DNA of 64,000 nucleotides, from positions 16,255 to 80,254 of the IMG/VR virus record IMGVR_UViG_3300044811_000010, one strand, 5' to 3'. Position numbers and translations under genes: made by a program. Positions 10,151 through 20,272 of the stretch are shown here, in pieces. Source of the stretch: a virus. Under the pieces are notes generated by a model. That model was not told the DNA's origin. It saw only the letters and a program-made list of their open reading frames with translations, and did not search any database. Positions within the stretch are counted from its first letter, which is position 1. Each line of letters starts with the position of its first letter.

Positions 10151-10585
10151 ATGGCTCGCATCGTTCCTTCCGATCTTGCACCGGCTGACACCGTTCATTA
10201 CACCTTCGCCGGTGTGGAGTTCGACCTCGGCGGCTCTGGCAAGGGCAGCTCCAAGTTCTACGAGACGCTCGACCGCGCCGCCCTGTCCAACGCCTCCGCT
10301 CACCCTTGGCTCGACGTTCAGTACGACGAGGCCGAGGCTGTTCCGGTTGTGTTTGCCAACAACCAGGTGAAGCCGGAAGACGACCCGCTGAGCGCGGTTG
10401 GCCCCAACGCCAACGCGCCGTTCGACCCCGCTGAGATCGCCAAGGTCGAAGAGGCCAAGGCGCAGGGCGCAACTACCCCGGTCGCCATCGACGCGGGACT
10501 CGACCAGACGACGGAAGTCTCGGAAGGCGAAGTCGCAGAGACAGTCGCTGCCGACGACGCCGCTGACACCAAGGACAAGAGCTAG
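10151..10585 (+). CDS. acidic hypothetical virion protein
   Basis: Leaderless start 7 nt after TAGTAT; phage-like codon usage. Confidence 0.65.
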   Translation: MARIVPSDLAPADTVHYTFAGVEFDLGGSGKGSSKFYETLDRAALSNASAHPWLDVQYDEAEAVPVVFANNQVKPEDDPLSAVGPNANAPFDPAEIAKVEEAKAQGATTPVAIDAGLDQTTEVSEGEVAETVAADDAADTKDKS

Positions 10586-10587
10586 AC

Positions 10588-11562
10588 ATGGCCGGACTTC
10601 GAGGCAACACCGCGTGGCTGATGGCCCAGAAGCAGACGGCGAAGGGCGCCGTTGCTGTCCCTGCCGTCGCCAGCGCGTACAAGAACCCGTTTACGGGCGG
10701 CTCCATCGGCCCGGTTCGCGCTACCGACAACCTCGCCGAGACTGACGCGACGCGCGACCGTGGCGTTACCTTCATCGCCTCTTCTGGCGTCGAGGGCTCT
10801 CCCGAGTTCTACGTTCGAGACTCGTCCATCGGCTTCTGGCTCTTCGCGGCTCTTGGAGCCGACGCGGTCACGGGCACCATGCCCAACTTCTCGCACGTTC
10901 TCACGCCCGCCAACACGCTTCCCTACATCACCTGCTGGCGCGACATCGCCGACACGCTGTTCGAGCAGTACCTCGACTGCAAGGTCGACACGCTCACAAT
11001 CGCGGCCGAGGCTGGCGCACCCCTCACGGCCACCGCAGCGATCAACGGACTGCAGGCGACTCGTCTGACGGCGGACCCGTCGATCTCGCCCATCATCCCG
11101 CTGCAGTCGAGCACGGTCTACAACTACAACAACGCGACGGTGACCCTCGGCGGCAGCGCCACGGCGCTGATCCGCTCCTTCGAGCTGACCATCGCAAACA
11201 ACATCACTCGTCAGCAGACCGACGATGTCGTCCCCTACGACGTTGCGGAAGGCGTCCGCGAGGTATCGCTCGGGTTCGACCTGATCTTCGAGAACCTGAC
11301 CGAATACAACAAGTTCCACTACGGCGGCGCGGCGGGCACCTCGATCTCGTCTTCGGTCTTCACGACCTCGGCGCTGTTCAACTTCTCGCTCGGAGCCAAC
11401 AACTCCATCGCGTTCAACCTCCCGGCCATCGCGTACGAGGAGTTCCCTGTCGAGCCCAACGCCGGCGGCGACCCCATCGTCGCTTCCGTTCGTGCCTCGG
11501 CTCAGCGCGGAGCCTCGCCGGTCCTCACGGCCACGGTCGCCAACCAGGTCGCGTCCTACTAG
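10588..11562 (+). CDS. major tail (tube) protein
   Basis: 324-aa beta-rich protein with F.H.LTP..LPY.T, Y.DCKV..L.I, FELTI.NN motifs; upstream of the chaperone and tape measure genes. Confidence 0.85.
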   Translation: MAGLRGNTAWLMAQKQTAKGAVAVPAVASAYKNPFTGGSIGPVRATDNLAETDATRDRGVTFIASSGVEGSPEFYVRDSSIGFWLFAALGADAVTGTMPNFSHVLTPANTLPYITCWRDIADTLFEQYLDCKVDTLTIAAEAGAPLTATAAINGLQATRLTADPSISPIIPLQSSTVYNYNNATVTLGGSATALIRSFELTIANNITRQQTDDVVPYDVAEGVREVSLGFDLIFENLTEYNKFHYGGAAGTSISSSVFTTSALFNFSLGANNSIAFNLPAIAYEEFPVEPNAGGDPIVASVRASAQRGASPVLTATVANQVASY

Positions 11563-11574
11563 GAGAACTGACTC

Positions 11575-11742
11575 ATGCCTCGAATCAAGCCCGCCTACAA
11601 GACCCAAGCGGCCCCGAAGGTCGTCTCGCTCGGCTCGGTTTCCAAGCCGAAGAAGCTGGCGAAGTGGCGCCCCACGACACAGCCCGCGCAGGCAACCCCT
11701 CGCGTCGTCAACCCGTGGCCCAAGGACAACACCGGGCTCTAG
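11575..11742 (+). CDS. small basic Lys/Pro-rich protein (55 aa)
   Basis: Read by hand: MPRIKPAYKTQAAPKVVSLGSVSKPKKLAKW...; AGGAG RBS. Confidence 0.65.
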   Translation: MPRIKPAYKTQAAPKVVSLGSVSKPKKLAKWRPTTQPAQATPRVVNPWPKDNTGL

Positions 11743-11908
11743 GCCCGCCCGAACCCCTGCCGACACCGGCCGCCCTCGTGGCGGTCGTTGTCGTTCTGAG
11801 AGGCGGTCTGCGCGCGAAAGGCGGCTAGGCAGGGTGCGCGCCTATCTTCACGCTCTCAGAGCCGCACACGAGCGCTCAGAGCGTCACAGCGGCATCTAGG
11901 CTTGGTGG

Positions 11909-12097
11909 GTGAACGAGCTACATGCTGCGGCCGACAAGCTGTTCACCGAGGTTGACCATCTGGACCGAATCCTCGCCGGGCAGGATGACCCGTCTGAAGA
12001 ACAAGTCTCGTTGGCGCTCGGTGTGGCGAAGCGTGTCCGGCGCGACTGTACCATCCTTGTGCGGCTGCTAGCAGCCGCCCGTGACCAACAGCTATAG
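11909..12097 (+). CDS. hypothetical protein
   Basis: ORF in operon orientation. Confidence 0.45.
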   Translation: MNELHAAADKLFTEVDHLDRILAGQDDPSEEQVSLALGVAKRVRRDCTILVRLLAAARDQQL

Positions 12098-12115
12098 CCT
12101 TAGGAGGCACAAGCT

Positions 12116-12574
12116 ATGTCGTACGACGCAGAGAATGACGAGCAGAAGCCCACCAGCGTTGCCGCTTGGAAGAAGGCTGCGGTCCACTACCCGCTGCTGC
12201 CCAGCGGCGTGCGGGTCGGAATCAAGATCCCCGACCTTCCGAGGCTGATCGAGGTCGGCACGATTCCCCAGCATCTTCTCGAAGCCGCCATCGGCGTCGC
12301 CAGCGGCCAGCAGGCGCTGCCCACGAAGGAGCTGATCGTCCAGCAGCGCGAGTTCACCGACCTGACGGTGCAGCTTACGGTGACGGAGCCCAAGCTCTCC
12401 GAAGCCGACGTGGAGGGACTCCCCTACGAGGACAAGGAGCTGATCGTCGCTCTTGCCACGCGTCAGCGTGACATCGACGCGGAGGGCGAGCACATCGCCG
12501 GGCTGTCTACGTCCGAGAAGTTCCGTAGGTTTCGTAAGCTCGGCGAGTTCGACTCGCCTCTGGGCGACCTGTAA
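12116..12574 (+). CDS. tail assembly chaperone (G)
   Basis: Between tail tube and tape measure genes; AGGAGG RBS. Confidence 0.8.
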   Translation: MSYDAENDEQKPTSVAAWKKAAVHYPLLPSGVRVGIKIPDLPRLIEVGTIPQHLLEAAIGVASGQQALPTKELIVQQREFTDLTVQLTVTEPKLSEADVEGLPYEDKELIVALATRQRDIDAEGEHIAGLSTSEKFRRFRKLGEFDSPLGDL

Positions 12575-12737
12575 GGCAGGAGGGCGTCCTTGGCCGGTCC
12601 TCTGCGATGATGACGTAATCGACTTCATGGTCATGGAGGCGGTCGCGCTCAAGGCTCAGAAGGAGGAAGCGGCAGCGATCCAAGCGGCTAAGAAGAAGGA
12701 TTGGAAGAAGGACCGAGAACACCTGAAGAACCTGTAG
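12531..12737 (+). CDS. tail assembly chaperone frameshift extension (T), +1 frame
   Basis: Overlapping +1 ORF ...LWATCKAGGRPWPVLCDDDVIDFMVMEAV ending just before the tape measure gene; TTT_CGT at 12530-12535. Confidence 0.65.
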   Translation, partial: FVSSASSTRLWATCKAGGRPWPVLCDDDVIDFMVMEAVALKAQKEEAAAIQAAKKKDWKKDREHLKNL

Positions 12738-12744
12738 AACCGCA

Positions 12745-15700
12745 ATGGACATCGCCCACGGCTCAGTCAAGATCGACCTCAACGACGCAGATGTCGTTGC
12801 TGGTCTGCGCAAGGTTGACGCCGAGTTCAGCCGGACGATGGACAAGATCGGCCGCGAGCAGGCGGTCGCGTCGATCAATGCGGACCTCGCGCCGCTTACC
12901 GATAAGGTCGAGAAGGCCAAGCGTAAGCTGCGCGAGCTGCAGGGCGAGAAGGCATCGGCGCGTGTAGACGCCAACACGGCCGAGCTGACACGCAAGATCA
13001 AGAACGCCGAGCGCGAGCTGAAGCGCCTCGACGGGCGCAAGGCGACTCTTGAGATCAAGCTGAAGGGCGCTGAGAAGGTACTCGCGGCCGAGGCTGCCCT
13101 TGAGGCGGCTGAGCACAAGCGCGCCAAGGCTGCGGAGGATGCGGGGCGCCGCATCGAATCTTCTCTGCGCCAGGAGGCCGCTGCTCGCCAGCGCGCCAGC
13201 CGCGAGAACCTGAACCGAGTCAACAGCGACGCGCGAGTCATGCGTTCGCTGGAAGACCAGCGGGTCAAGGAGCAGGCGGCTAGGATGCGTCAGGTCGAGA
13301 ACGACGCGCGCGTTTCGGTCTCCTTGGAACGCCAGCGCGTCAGTTCGATGCGTACTGCGGAGACAGAGGCGCACCGCATGGACGCCGCCTTCCAGAAGGC
13401 TGCCTACAACCGCGACGTGGGCTCGCGCCGCGAAGTCACGCGCATCCTCTCGCTGCAGAAGCAGTATGCCCGGCTGACCGATCAGCTCGAAGCCCTCTCC
13501 CGCAAGCACCCCGTCGGCCGCGAAGCCCGTGCCAAGGTCAACCTCGACGCTACCGGCGTGGTCGCGAAGATGGAGGCGCTGAAGGCGGAGCTGAACTTCC
13601 TCGGCGCGCACCCGCCCATCGACATCAAGGCGGACGTGAACAAGCGCGGCCTCGCGCGCGTCCAGCAGACCGTCACCGGGTTCGTCGCCGGGCTCGCCAA
13701 CAAGGCCAGCGGGCTCCAAGACCTTACCCTCCGACTCGGCCCCTTCACCACCTCGCTCCGGGGTCTGGGAGTAGCCCTAGGGTTCCTCGGGCCGTCGATC
13801 ACCGACCTTCTCGGGGCCGCTGGGTCGCTCGTCGGAGTCCTCGGCGCGGGCGTCGCCGGGGCCGCCGCGCTGGGCGCTGGCGCCGTCACTGGCCTCGCCG
13901 GGGACTTCCTCGGGCTGAAGTTCGCCACCCGCAACACATCGCAGGAGCTGGCACAGGCCCGCACGTCGATCAACGCGTACCAGAGCGCTGTTCTGAAGTA
14001 CGGAGCCGGTTCGGACAAGGCCATCGCCAAGCAGAAGGAGATGAACTCTGTCCTGCAGCAGATCAGCCCGCTCGCCCGCGAGGCGGCGCTCGGCACGGAA
14101 CGCTTCTTCAAGGGCTGGGACGCCTCGACCAAGCCGACGCAGAACAACCTCGGCACCATCGCCAAGCAGGGCTTCGAGGCGCTGAACAAGCTGCGCCCGA
14201 TGTGGGCGGCCTCGACCAACGAGATGTCCGGCGAGCTGCAGAAGGCGCTGGGCGGGGCGTTCAAGTTCCTCGGCGGCGCTCAGGGCCGCAACCTCCTCAG
14301 CGGGATCTTCGGCAACATCAACGCTCAGATCCCGACGCTGCTTCACGGGCTTGGGTCGCTTGGGCACGCGTTCCTGAACCTCGCTTCGGCCGGGGCCAGC
14401 AATTTCGGGTCGCTGGCTAACGGGTTCGACCACTTCGCAACCTCGATCCTGAACTTCACGCAGCAGGACTCCTTCGGGGCGACGGTCCACCGCTGGGTCA
14501 AGGACGCGGGCGACGTGATGCGCTTCTTCGGAGCCCTGACTCGCGTCCTCGTTCACTTCTTCGGCGACGGATCTCAGGCGGGCGACCGCTTCGTCAACAC
14601 GATGACCAAGGCGCTCAACCGCTGGGACACGTTCCTGACTTCGGTCAGTGGGCGTAACAAGGTGGGCGAGTTCTTCTCCAACTCGGTCGCCGGAGCCCAG
14701 CAGCTCTACTCGGCCCTGAAGCCGATCATCCAGCTCTTCGCTCTGTGGTCCATCGGACTTGAGCCCGCTGTCGCGGCGATCACCAGCATCGCCGCGTGGC
14801 TCACCAACGCCGCAGCTTCGCTGGGCAAGATCGTCGGCCTCGGTAACCCGCTGGCGACGCTTGGCACGACTCTCGGCGCCATGTTCGCTGTCAGCAAGAT
14901 CGGCTCTTTCGTTTCGCTGCTCGCACGCGCGGCGGGGCTCATCAAGGACATGGCAGCCGCCGGAGGGGCAGCAGGAGTCCTGAAGGGCGTCATGGGCGGA
15001 GGCTTGCTCGGAGGGCTCAAGGGCGGCGGCGGAATCGTCACAGCGGCCGAGGCAGGCGCGAACGCGATGCGGGCGGCGATTATCTCCGGCGCAACGGTCG
15101 GAGCGGCCGAGCTTCGTGCCGCGATGGTTGAGGGCGGCGCCGTCGGAGCGGCTGAGGGCGGCGCTGGCGGGGGAATCGTAGGCGCCGCGAAGAAGCTGAT
15201 TCTTCCGTCGGGCTTCGCAGCCGAAGCGGCGGGCGCCGAGGCTGCCATTGGCGGCATCAGCATCGCGGCCGGAGCAGCCACAATCGGCGTCTTGGCGCTG
15301 GGCGGCGGCCTGATCTACCTTGGCCTCAGCCTCGACCACCACAAGACTGCTGTCGACCGCGTCAACGACGCCTTGAAGGAGAACGCCAAGTCTCTGCAGA
15401 GCGACGCGACGTACACTCGGCTCTCTGCCGGGGCACAGGACAACGCAGCGAAGTCCCGCCATCAGGCCGCTGCAAGCATCAAGGCGCTGCGCACCGAAAT
15501 GCAGAACGCGACCAAGGGCACCGTCGCCTACCGCGATCTGCAGCTCAAGCTCTACGACGCGAACCAGAAGCTCAAGAACAGCACGGACGCGGGAGTCGAG
15601 TCGGCCCACCACAACCACGACGCGGCTCAGCAGACGATTGACGACGAGCGCAAGCGCATCAAGCTGATCAACGACAGGCTCGACGCGGCGAAGAAGGAAG

Positions 15701-18051
15701 CCGGCACTCACATGGGCTTCAACCCGAACGGGACGGTGAGCGATCAGCGGGCCAAGGCTCAGGCAGATGCCACGGCCGCTCTGACGGTTGAACAGCGGCG
15801 CCTCAACACGGCGTACAACGCACGCGCTGCGGCGGCCCTGAACGTAGGTCGCGCCGAGCGCGGAATGGGTGCTCTCGCGGGTAAGGCAGCTCAGCAGATG
15901 GGAGCCCTCGCGCGCCAGAGCGGCGGCGGTCAGAAGCTGGCCCAGACGATCTCGCTGAAGTACGAGAACCCCACCAATGCCGGCAACGTCGCGTCCGCAG
16001 CCAAGGCCGCTCTCGGCTCTGGCATCAAGGTCAAGACGGTCATGCAGATCGTCGCCGACTCGTCGGATGCCGACGCGGCGATCAAGCGCATCCGCTCGAT
16101 CACGCTGGCGAGGAAGATGCAGCAGGTCGGCATCACCGGCCACAACGGCGTGCTGAGCATGCTGAGCGCCATCGACCGTAAGGCGATCAGGCGCAAGATC
16201 GCGCGCATCATCGAGAACGGCGGCAACCCCACCATCGACAAGATCAACAAGATCATCTCGATGCAGATTCGCGACAAGCCCTTCTCGGTGACGGCCAACG
16301 TAAGCCAGGCGCTCGCTCAGATCAGCCTGATGCAGAGCGGCCTGAGCGCCATCCAGTCCAAGAGCATCGTCATCAGTGCGACCGTCCGCATGAAGGGCTA
16401 CCCGCACGCTAGCGGCGTAGGCCCCGGCGAGATGGGAACCCACGCGGCGCTCATCGGCGAGGGCGGCGCCCCGGAGTGGTACTACAACACCAAGCACGGT
16501 ATCGGCTACAAGACCGCCGGGCCTCAGTTCGCCCGCATCGGACCTGACGACGCAGTCATCCCGACCGAGCCGAAGTACAAGACTCGCGGCCGCGCCATCG
16601 TCTCTGAGATCGCAAGTGATCTTGGCATGCGCGCATACAAGACGGGCAAGAAGCCCGCGAAGAAGGCAAGCCCTAAGAAGGCGGCAGGGGCGCCGGGCGC
16701 AGTCAAGGTTCCGACAGGTGTCGCACAGGCTCAGCGGCTGGGAGTTCCCAACGTCTTCAAGAGCGGCGGCGTCGATGAGGGAACGCTGTCGACCGAGCTT
16801 GGCAACGCAGTCACCGCGTTCCGCAACCAGAACAGCCGCCTTGACACGGCCCGTCAGGCCGAGGCTCGGGCCAAGAAGGCGTACGACCGGGCCAAGGGCG
16901 AGAAGTGGGGCGCTGACGGAACCGCCAACGGCGTCAAGCACAAGAAGGGTCAGCGCAAGCCGGTACCGCAAGGCACCATCGACTCCTACGACCGCGCCAA
17001 GCGGATCGCCTACGTCTACGAGAACGGCGGCAGGCTCCCCGGCTCGCAGATCAGTCTGCCCACCCTCGCGGCCCTGAAGACCGAGGTCAGCGACATCCGC
17101 ACGGCCGACACGCAGGCGAAGCGCGCCAACCAGAACATCGACCACCTGACCACGCTCATCGGGCAAGAGCGTACGAACATGAGCAACGCGTCGTCCAGCT
17201 ACGCGGCGACCGGCGACTCCAAGTACCTCGACGCCTACAACACGGCCAAGCAGAACCGTGCGGACGACATCACGCAGGTGTCGTCGCTGCTCTCGACGGC
17301 CAAGGGGGTCGCCGATGCGCTGACGTCCAAGTACCCCGCCTCGGTTGTTCTGCAGCAGGTCGCCGACGGCATCAACAGCGCCATCGGCGACGTGCAGAGC
17401 TACACCGTTGACAACAACACCGACGCCATCGAGCAGCCCGCTGCCGCTGACATCCCCGCCTACGACCTGAATTGGCTGCTTGGCGCTGCTGGGCTCACGG
17501 ATCGCTACAACACCGCCCTCAAGGACGTAGCGGTCGGCAAGATCAACAACGTCAGCGACGACCCCAGCACCACGATCCGCGAAGATTTGGCGTCGCTGGC
17601 TGACGACCGCGCGGCGTCCGGAGAGATGGTAGGGGTCCTGAAGGACGCCTACACAGCGGCGCAGGGAACCGGCAACATCACGGCGATCACCAGCGCGGCC
17701 GACGCCTACAGCTCGGCCCTGTCCGACCAGCAGGGAATCGAGCAGCAGTTCAGCGACGCAGCCGCTGCTGCTGCTGCGGCAGCCGCTCCCGCCGTTTCAC
17801 AGGATTCGATGCTCAGCTCGGCGCGCGCCGATCTCTACTCCGCCTTCGGCAGCAACTACAGCCCGGTCTTCGCTGGCGCCCAGAGGGCCGCTGACATGGG
17901 CCTCGGAGGCGGGGCATTCGGCCCGAATGCCTCCTCGGACAGCGCCGGAGGATCCACGAGCGTCATCATCAACAACACCTTCCCGACACCGCCGGCCGAC
18001 CCGCACACCTGGTCGCAGGGAGTCGGCTGGGAACTGCAGACCGTGATCTAG
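12745..18051 (+). CDS. tape measure protein
   Basis: 1768 aa, Ala/Gly-rich helical, hydrophobic segments, HASG...IGEGGAPE motif. Confidence 0.93.
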   Translation: MDIAHGSVKIDLNDADVVAGLRKVDAEFSRTMDKIGREQAVASINADLAPLTDKVEKAKRKLRELQGEKASARVDANTAELTRKIKNAERELKRLDGRKATLEIKLKGAEKVLAAEAALEAAEHKRAKAAEDAGRRIESSLRQEAAARQRASRENLNRVNSDARVMRSLEDQRVKEQAARMRQVENDARVSVSLERQRVSSMRTAETEAHRMDAAFQKAAYNRDVGSRREVTRILSLQKQYARLTDQLEALSRKHPVGREARAKVNLDATGVVAKMEALKAELNFLGAHPPIDIKADVNKRGLARVQQTVTGFVAGLANKASGLQDLTLRLGPFTTSLRGLGVALGFLGPSITDLLGAAGSLVGVLGAGVAGAAALGAGAVTGLAGDFLGLKFATRNTSQELAQARTSINAYQSAVLKYGAGSDKAIAKQKEMNSVLQQISPLAREAALGTERFFKGWDASTKPTQNNLGTIAKQGFEALNKLRPMWAASTNEMSGELQKALGGAFKFLGGAQGRNLLSGIFGNINAQIPTLLHGLGSLGHAFLNLASAGASNFGSLANGFDHFATSILNFTQQDSFGATVHRWVKDAGDVMRFFGALTRVLVHFFGDGSQAGDRFVNTMTKALNRWDTFLTSVSGRNKVGEFFSNSVAGAQQLYSALKPIIQLFALWSIGLEPAVAAITSIAAWLTNAAASLGKIVGLGNPLATLGTTLGAMFAVSKIGSFVSLLARAAGLIKDMAAAGGAAGVLKGVMGGGLLGGLKGGGGIVTAAEAGANAMRAAIISGATVGAAELRAAMVEGGAVGAAEGGAGGGIVGAAKKLILPSGFAAEAAGAEAAIGGISIAAGAATIGVLALGGGLIYLGLSLDHHKTAVDRVNDALKENAKSLQSDATYTRLSAGAQDNAAKSRHQAAASIKALRTEMQNATKGTVAYRDLQLKLYDANQKLKNSTDAGVESAHHNHDAAQQTIDDERKRIKLINDRLDAAKKEAGTHMGFNPNGTVSDQRAKAQADATAALTVEQRRLNTAYNARAAAALNVGRAERGMGALAGKAAQQMGALARQSGGGQKLAQTISLKYENPTNAGNVASAAKAALGSGIKVKTVMQIVADSSDADAAIKRIRSITLARKMQQVGITGHNGVLSMLSAIDRKAIRRKIARIIENGGNPTIDKINKIISMQIRDKPFSVTANVSQALAQISLMQSGLSAIQSKSIVISATVRMKGYPHASGVGPGEMGTHAALIGEGGAPEWYYNTKHGIGYKTAGPQFARIGPDDAVIPTEPKYKTRGRAIVSEIASDLGMRAYKTGKKPAKKASPKKAAGAPGAVKVPTGVAQAQRLGVPNVFKSGGVDEGTLSTELGNAVTAFRNQNSRLDTARQAEARAKKAYDRAKGEKWGADGTANGVKHKKGQRKPVPQGTIDSYDRAKRIAYVYENGGRLPGSQISLPTLAALKTEVSDIRTADTQAKRANQNIDHLTTLIGQERTNMSNASSSYAATGDSKYLDAYNTAKQNRADDITQVSSLLSTAKGVADALTSKYPASVVLQQVADGINSAIGDVQSYTVDNNTDAIEQPAAADIPAYDLNWLLGAAGLTDRYNTALKDVAVGKINNVSDDPSTTIREDLASLADDRAASGEMVGVLKDAYTAAQGTGNITAITSAADAYSSALSDQQGIEQQFSDAAAAAAAAAAPAVSQDSMLSSARADLYSAFGSNYSPVFAGAQRAADMGLGGGAFGPNASSDSAGGSTSVIINNTFPTPPADPHTWSQGVGWELQTVI

Positions 18052-18061
18052 GCTGTAGCTG

Positions 18062-18955
18062 ATGAGTTTCGTCTACCCCAACGGCCCTGAGTACGGAGTC
18101 CCGTATGTCCTCACCGGACCCGACGGGTCGCGAGCGGTCTTCAACGACCAGACCGACGCCGACTACGTGGGGGCGCTGACCGACGCCACCGGCTTCGACT
18201 CGCCCGAGGTCCGCGAGTCGGCCGACAACCTCGTCGGCATGGACGGAGGCATCCATGGCAGCTTCTACTACGGCCGCCGCCCCGTAACGCTGAGCGGCAC
18301 GGTCTACAACGTAGCGACGGACGCCGTTCGCAACACTCGTCTGACCAAGCTGCAGCAGGCCAGCAACGCCGTGCGAGGCGACGCAACCCTGTCGTGGACG
18401 CCCGGTGGCGGCGTCGCGCAGCAGATCAAGGTTCGGCGACAGCAGCCGCTCCGCATCTCCGGCGGCTGGGTCAAGGACTTCCAGCTCAGCCTCGTGGCCG
18501 CCGACCCGCGCATCTACTCGGCCGTGCTCCACACGCAGAGCGTAGCGGCCTCCGGAACCCCGACCCCCAGCGGCCGTGGGTACGCCAAGGCGTACCCGGT
18601 CGTCTACGGCGGCGGCAGCATCCTCGGCCAGATGTTCGTAGTCAACAGCGGATCGGCGCTGTCCTACCCGATCCTTACCTTCACTGGGCCGGGTTCAAAC
18701 CCTAGCGCTCTAAACTTGACGACCGGCGAGCGCATTTCGCTGATCTACACGCTCGGCGCGGGCGACACCCTCACCGTAGACACCCTGAACCGGACTGTGG
18801 TCCTGAACGGCACGGCGTCTCGATACTCGGCTATTGACTTCACGAACACCGCTTGGTGGGGCTTGGTTCCGGGCTCCAACGACGTGCGACTGTCGTGGGG
18901 AGCGTACACAGCCGGGGCGAGCCTCACGGTACAGTACAGGGACGCTTGGCTCTAA
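18062..18955 (+). CDS. distal tail protein (Dit)
   Basis: GFDSP.VR...GMDG, R.VTL.G, L.A.DP..Y, N.G....P, L.PGSN motifs; follows the tape measure gene. Confidence 0.85.
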   Translation: MSFVYPNGPEYGVPYVLTGPDGSRAVFNDQTDADYVGALTDATGFDSPEVRESADNLVGMDGGIHGSFYYGRRPVTLSGTVYNVATDAVRNTRLTKLQQASNAVRGDATLSWTPGGGVAQQIKVRRQQPLRISGGWVKDFQLSLVAADPRIYSAVLHTQSVAASGTPTPSGRGYAKAYPVVYGGGSILGQMFVVNSGSALSYPILTFTGPGSNPSALNLTTGERISLIYTLGAGDTLTVDTLNRTVVLNGTASRYSAIDFTNTAWWGLVPGSNDVRLSWGAYTAGASLTVQYRDAWL

Positions 18956-18983
18956 CGAGCGCCGCGACCGGAGTCACTAGAAC

Positions 18984-19931
18984 ATGGCACTTCTCACACC
19001 CGAGTATCTGCAGACCAAGACCTACGCGGCCTCCAAGGACCGCTACGCTTGGGCCACTTCGGCACTGCAGGCTGGCGTCTACGCGGCGACTGACTTTCTC
19101 GTAGTACAGCACACCGGAACGGCCAACATGACGGTCGACATCGGTGCGGGGGCGGCTTGGGTTGCTGGCACGTCGGTAGCTCGCCAGGGCCTCTACCACA
19201 TCGTCAACGACGCGGCCGTGCTGTCGGCCGTTACGCTCAACGCCTCGAACGTCACCAACCCGCGCCTCGACAAGATCTACGTCGTGATTCACGACTCGAC
19301 CGACGCGGGTTCGTCTGACGACATCCCCGTGTTCGGCGTCGCGACCGGGACTCCGGTAGGCGGCACCACGCTCGACAACGGCAACACCAACGGCTCGGCT
19401 GCCGCCCTGCCGGCCAACGCCCTGCTGCTGGCTGACGTGCTCGTACCCGCGTCTTCTACGACCGTCACGACGGCCAATATTCGCGACCGTCGGGCATGGG
19501 CTCGCGGTGCCAATTGGAGCACTATCCGCAACAACGCCGGAGGCGACTACATCGTAACGGTGACGACCATGACGGCGTTGGACACTACGAATCTTCGTGC
19601 GCGCATCGAATGCACAGGTAACCCAATCAAGCTTACCCTGACCGGGGCTGCTGCTGCGCCTTCGACCGGCCAAGGCGCGCTTGGTTTTATGGTAGACGGC
19701 ACGGTCTATGCGTCGGGCGAAGGCGCACCGCACGCTCTGAACCTCGGGAACTCGGCTCTTTCCGTTCCGTTCGGATTTTCGGACGTAGTCATCCCGGCGG
19801 CTGGCTCACATGTCTTCGATGCTGCCGCAGCATCGGGGGCTGGCACGGGATTCCGCGTCTACGCCCAGGCTGGTATTCTTCTGCGGTTCGCCGTGGAGGA
19901 GATCGTACGACAGAACGCGAACAACAACTGA
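18984..19931 (+). CDS. minor tail / fibre protein
   Basis: MTVDI.AG.A, NPRLD.I, GTP, LP.NAL.LA.V.V....I.D.R motifs common in actinophage minor tail proteins. Confidence 0.8.
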   Translation: MALLTPEYLQTKTYAASKDRYAWATSALQAGVYAATDFLVVQHTGTANMTVDIGAGAAWVAGTSVARQGLYHIVNDAAVLSAVTLNASNVTNPRLDKIYVVIHDSTDAGSSDDIPVFGVATGTPVGGTTLDNGNTNGSAAALPANALLLADVLVPASSTTVTTANIRDRRAWARGANWSTIRNNAGGDYIVTVTTMTALDTTNLRARIECTGNPIKLTLTGAAAAPSTGQGALGFMVDGTVYASGEGAPHALNLGNSALSVPFGFSDVVIPAAGSHVFDAAAASGAGTGFRVYAQAGILLRFAVEEIVRQNANNN

Positions 19932-20269
19932 TGCCCTACCTACGAGATGCACACACCAGCGAGGCGATCTTCGAGGGCACCCCCGAGGAGCTTGCCCTGC
20001 TCGCCAACGAGCTTGGTCGCGACGAAGTTCTGTTCGACGGAGTCGGCCTCGCATTCGACCCTGACGCGGTACTCTCCGCCCGGCAGGAGAACATCGACGC
20101 CAACAAGAAGCTGGCGGCTTCGACGGCCAAGGCCATCACTGCTGACATCAAGGACGCGGCGAAGGCTGCCGTTGCAGCCGCAACGGAGCAGGAAGACAAC
20201 GTCAAGGCCGCCGCTCCCGACGCCCAGACGCTGCTGGACGAAGCACGAGCGCGCCGTGAGGCGGGCTAG
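19931..20269 (+). CDS. hypothetical tail-region protein
   Basis: Coupled ORF. Confidence 0.6.
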   Translation: MPYLRDAHTSEAIFEGTPEELALLANELGRDEVLFDGVGLAFDPDAVLSARQENIDANKKLAASTAKAITADIKDAAKAAVAAATEQEDNVKAAAPDAQTLLDEARARREAG

Positions 20270-20272
20270 CGT

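Noticed and set aside
11743-11908. Possible ncRNA between the tail tube and chaperone genes
   Set aside because: Only short stems (TCTGAGAG/CTCTCAGA); consistent with a terminator or chance.
13777-17166. 1129-aa antisense ORF and many similar long shadow ORFs
   Set aside because: Antisense shadows of high-GC3 genes (tape measure, capsid, PolA, rII); no protein motifs or initiation signals.
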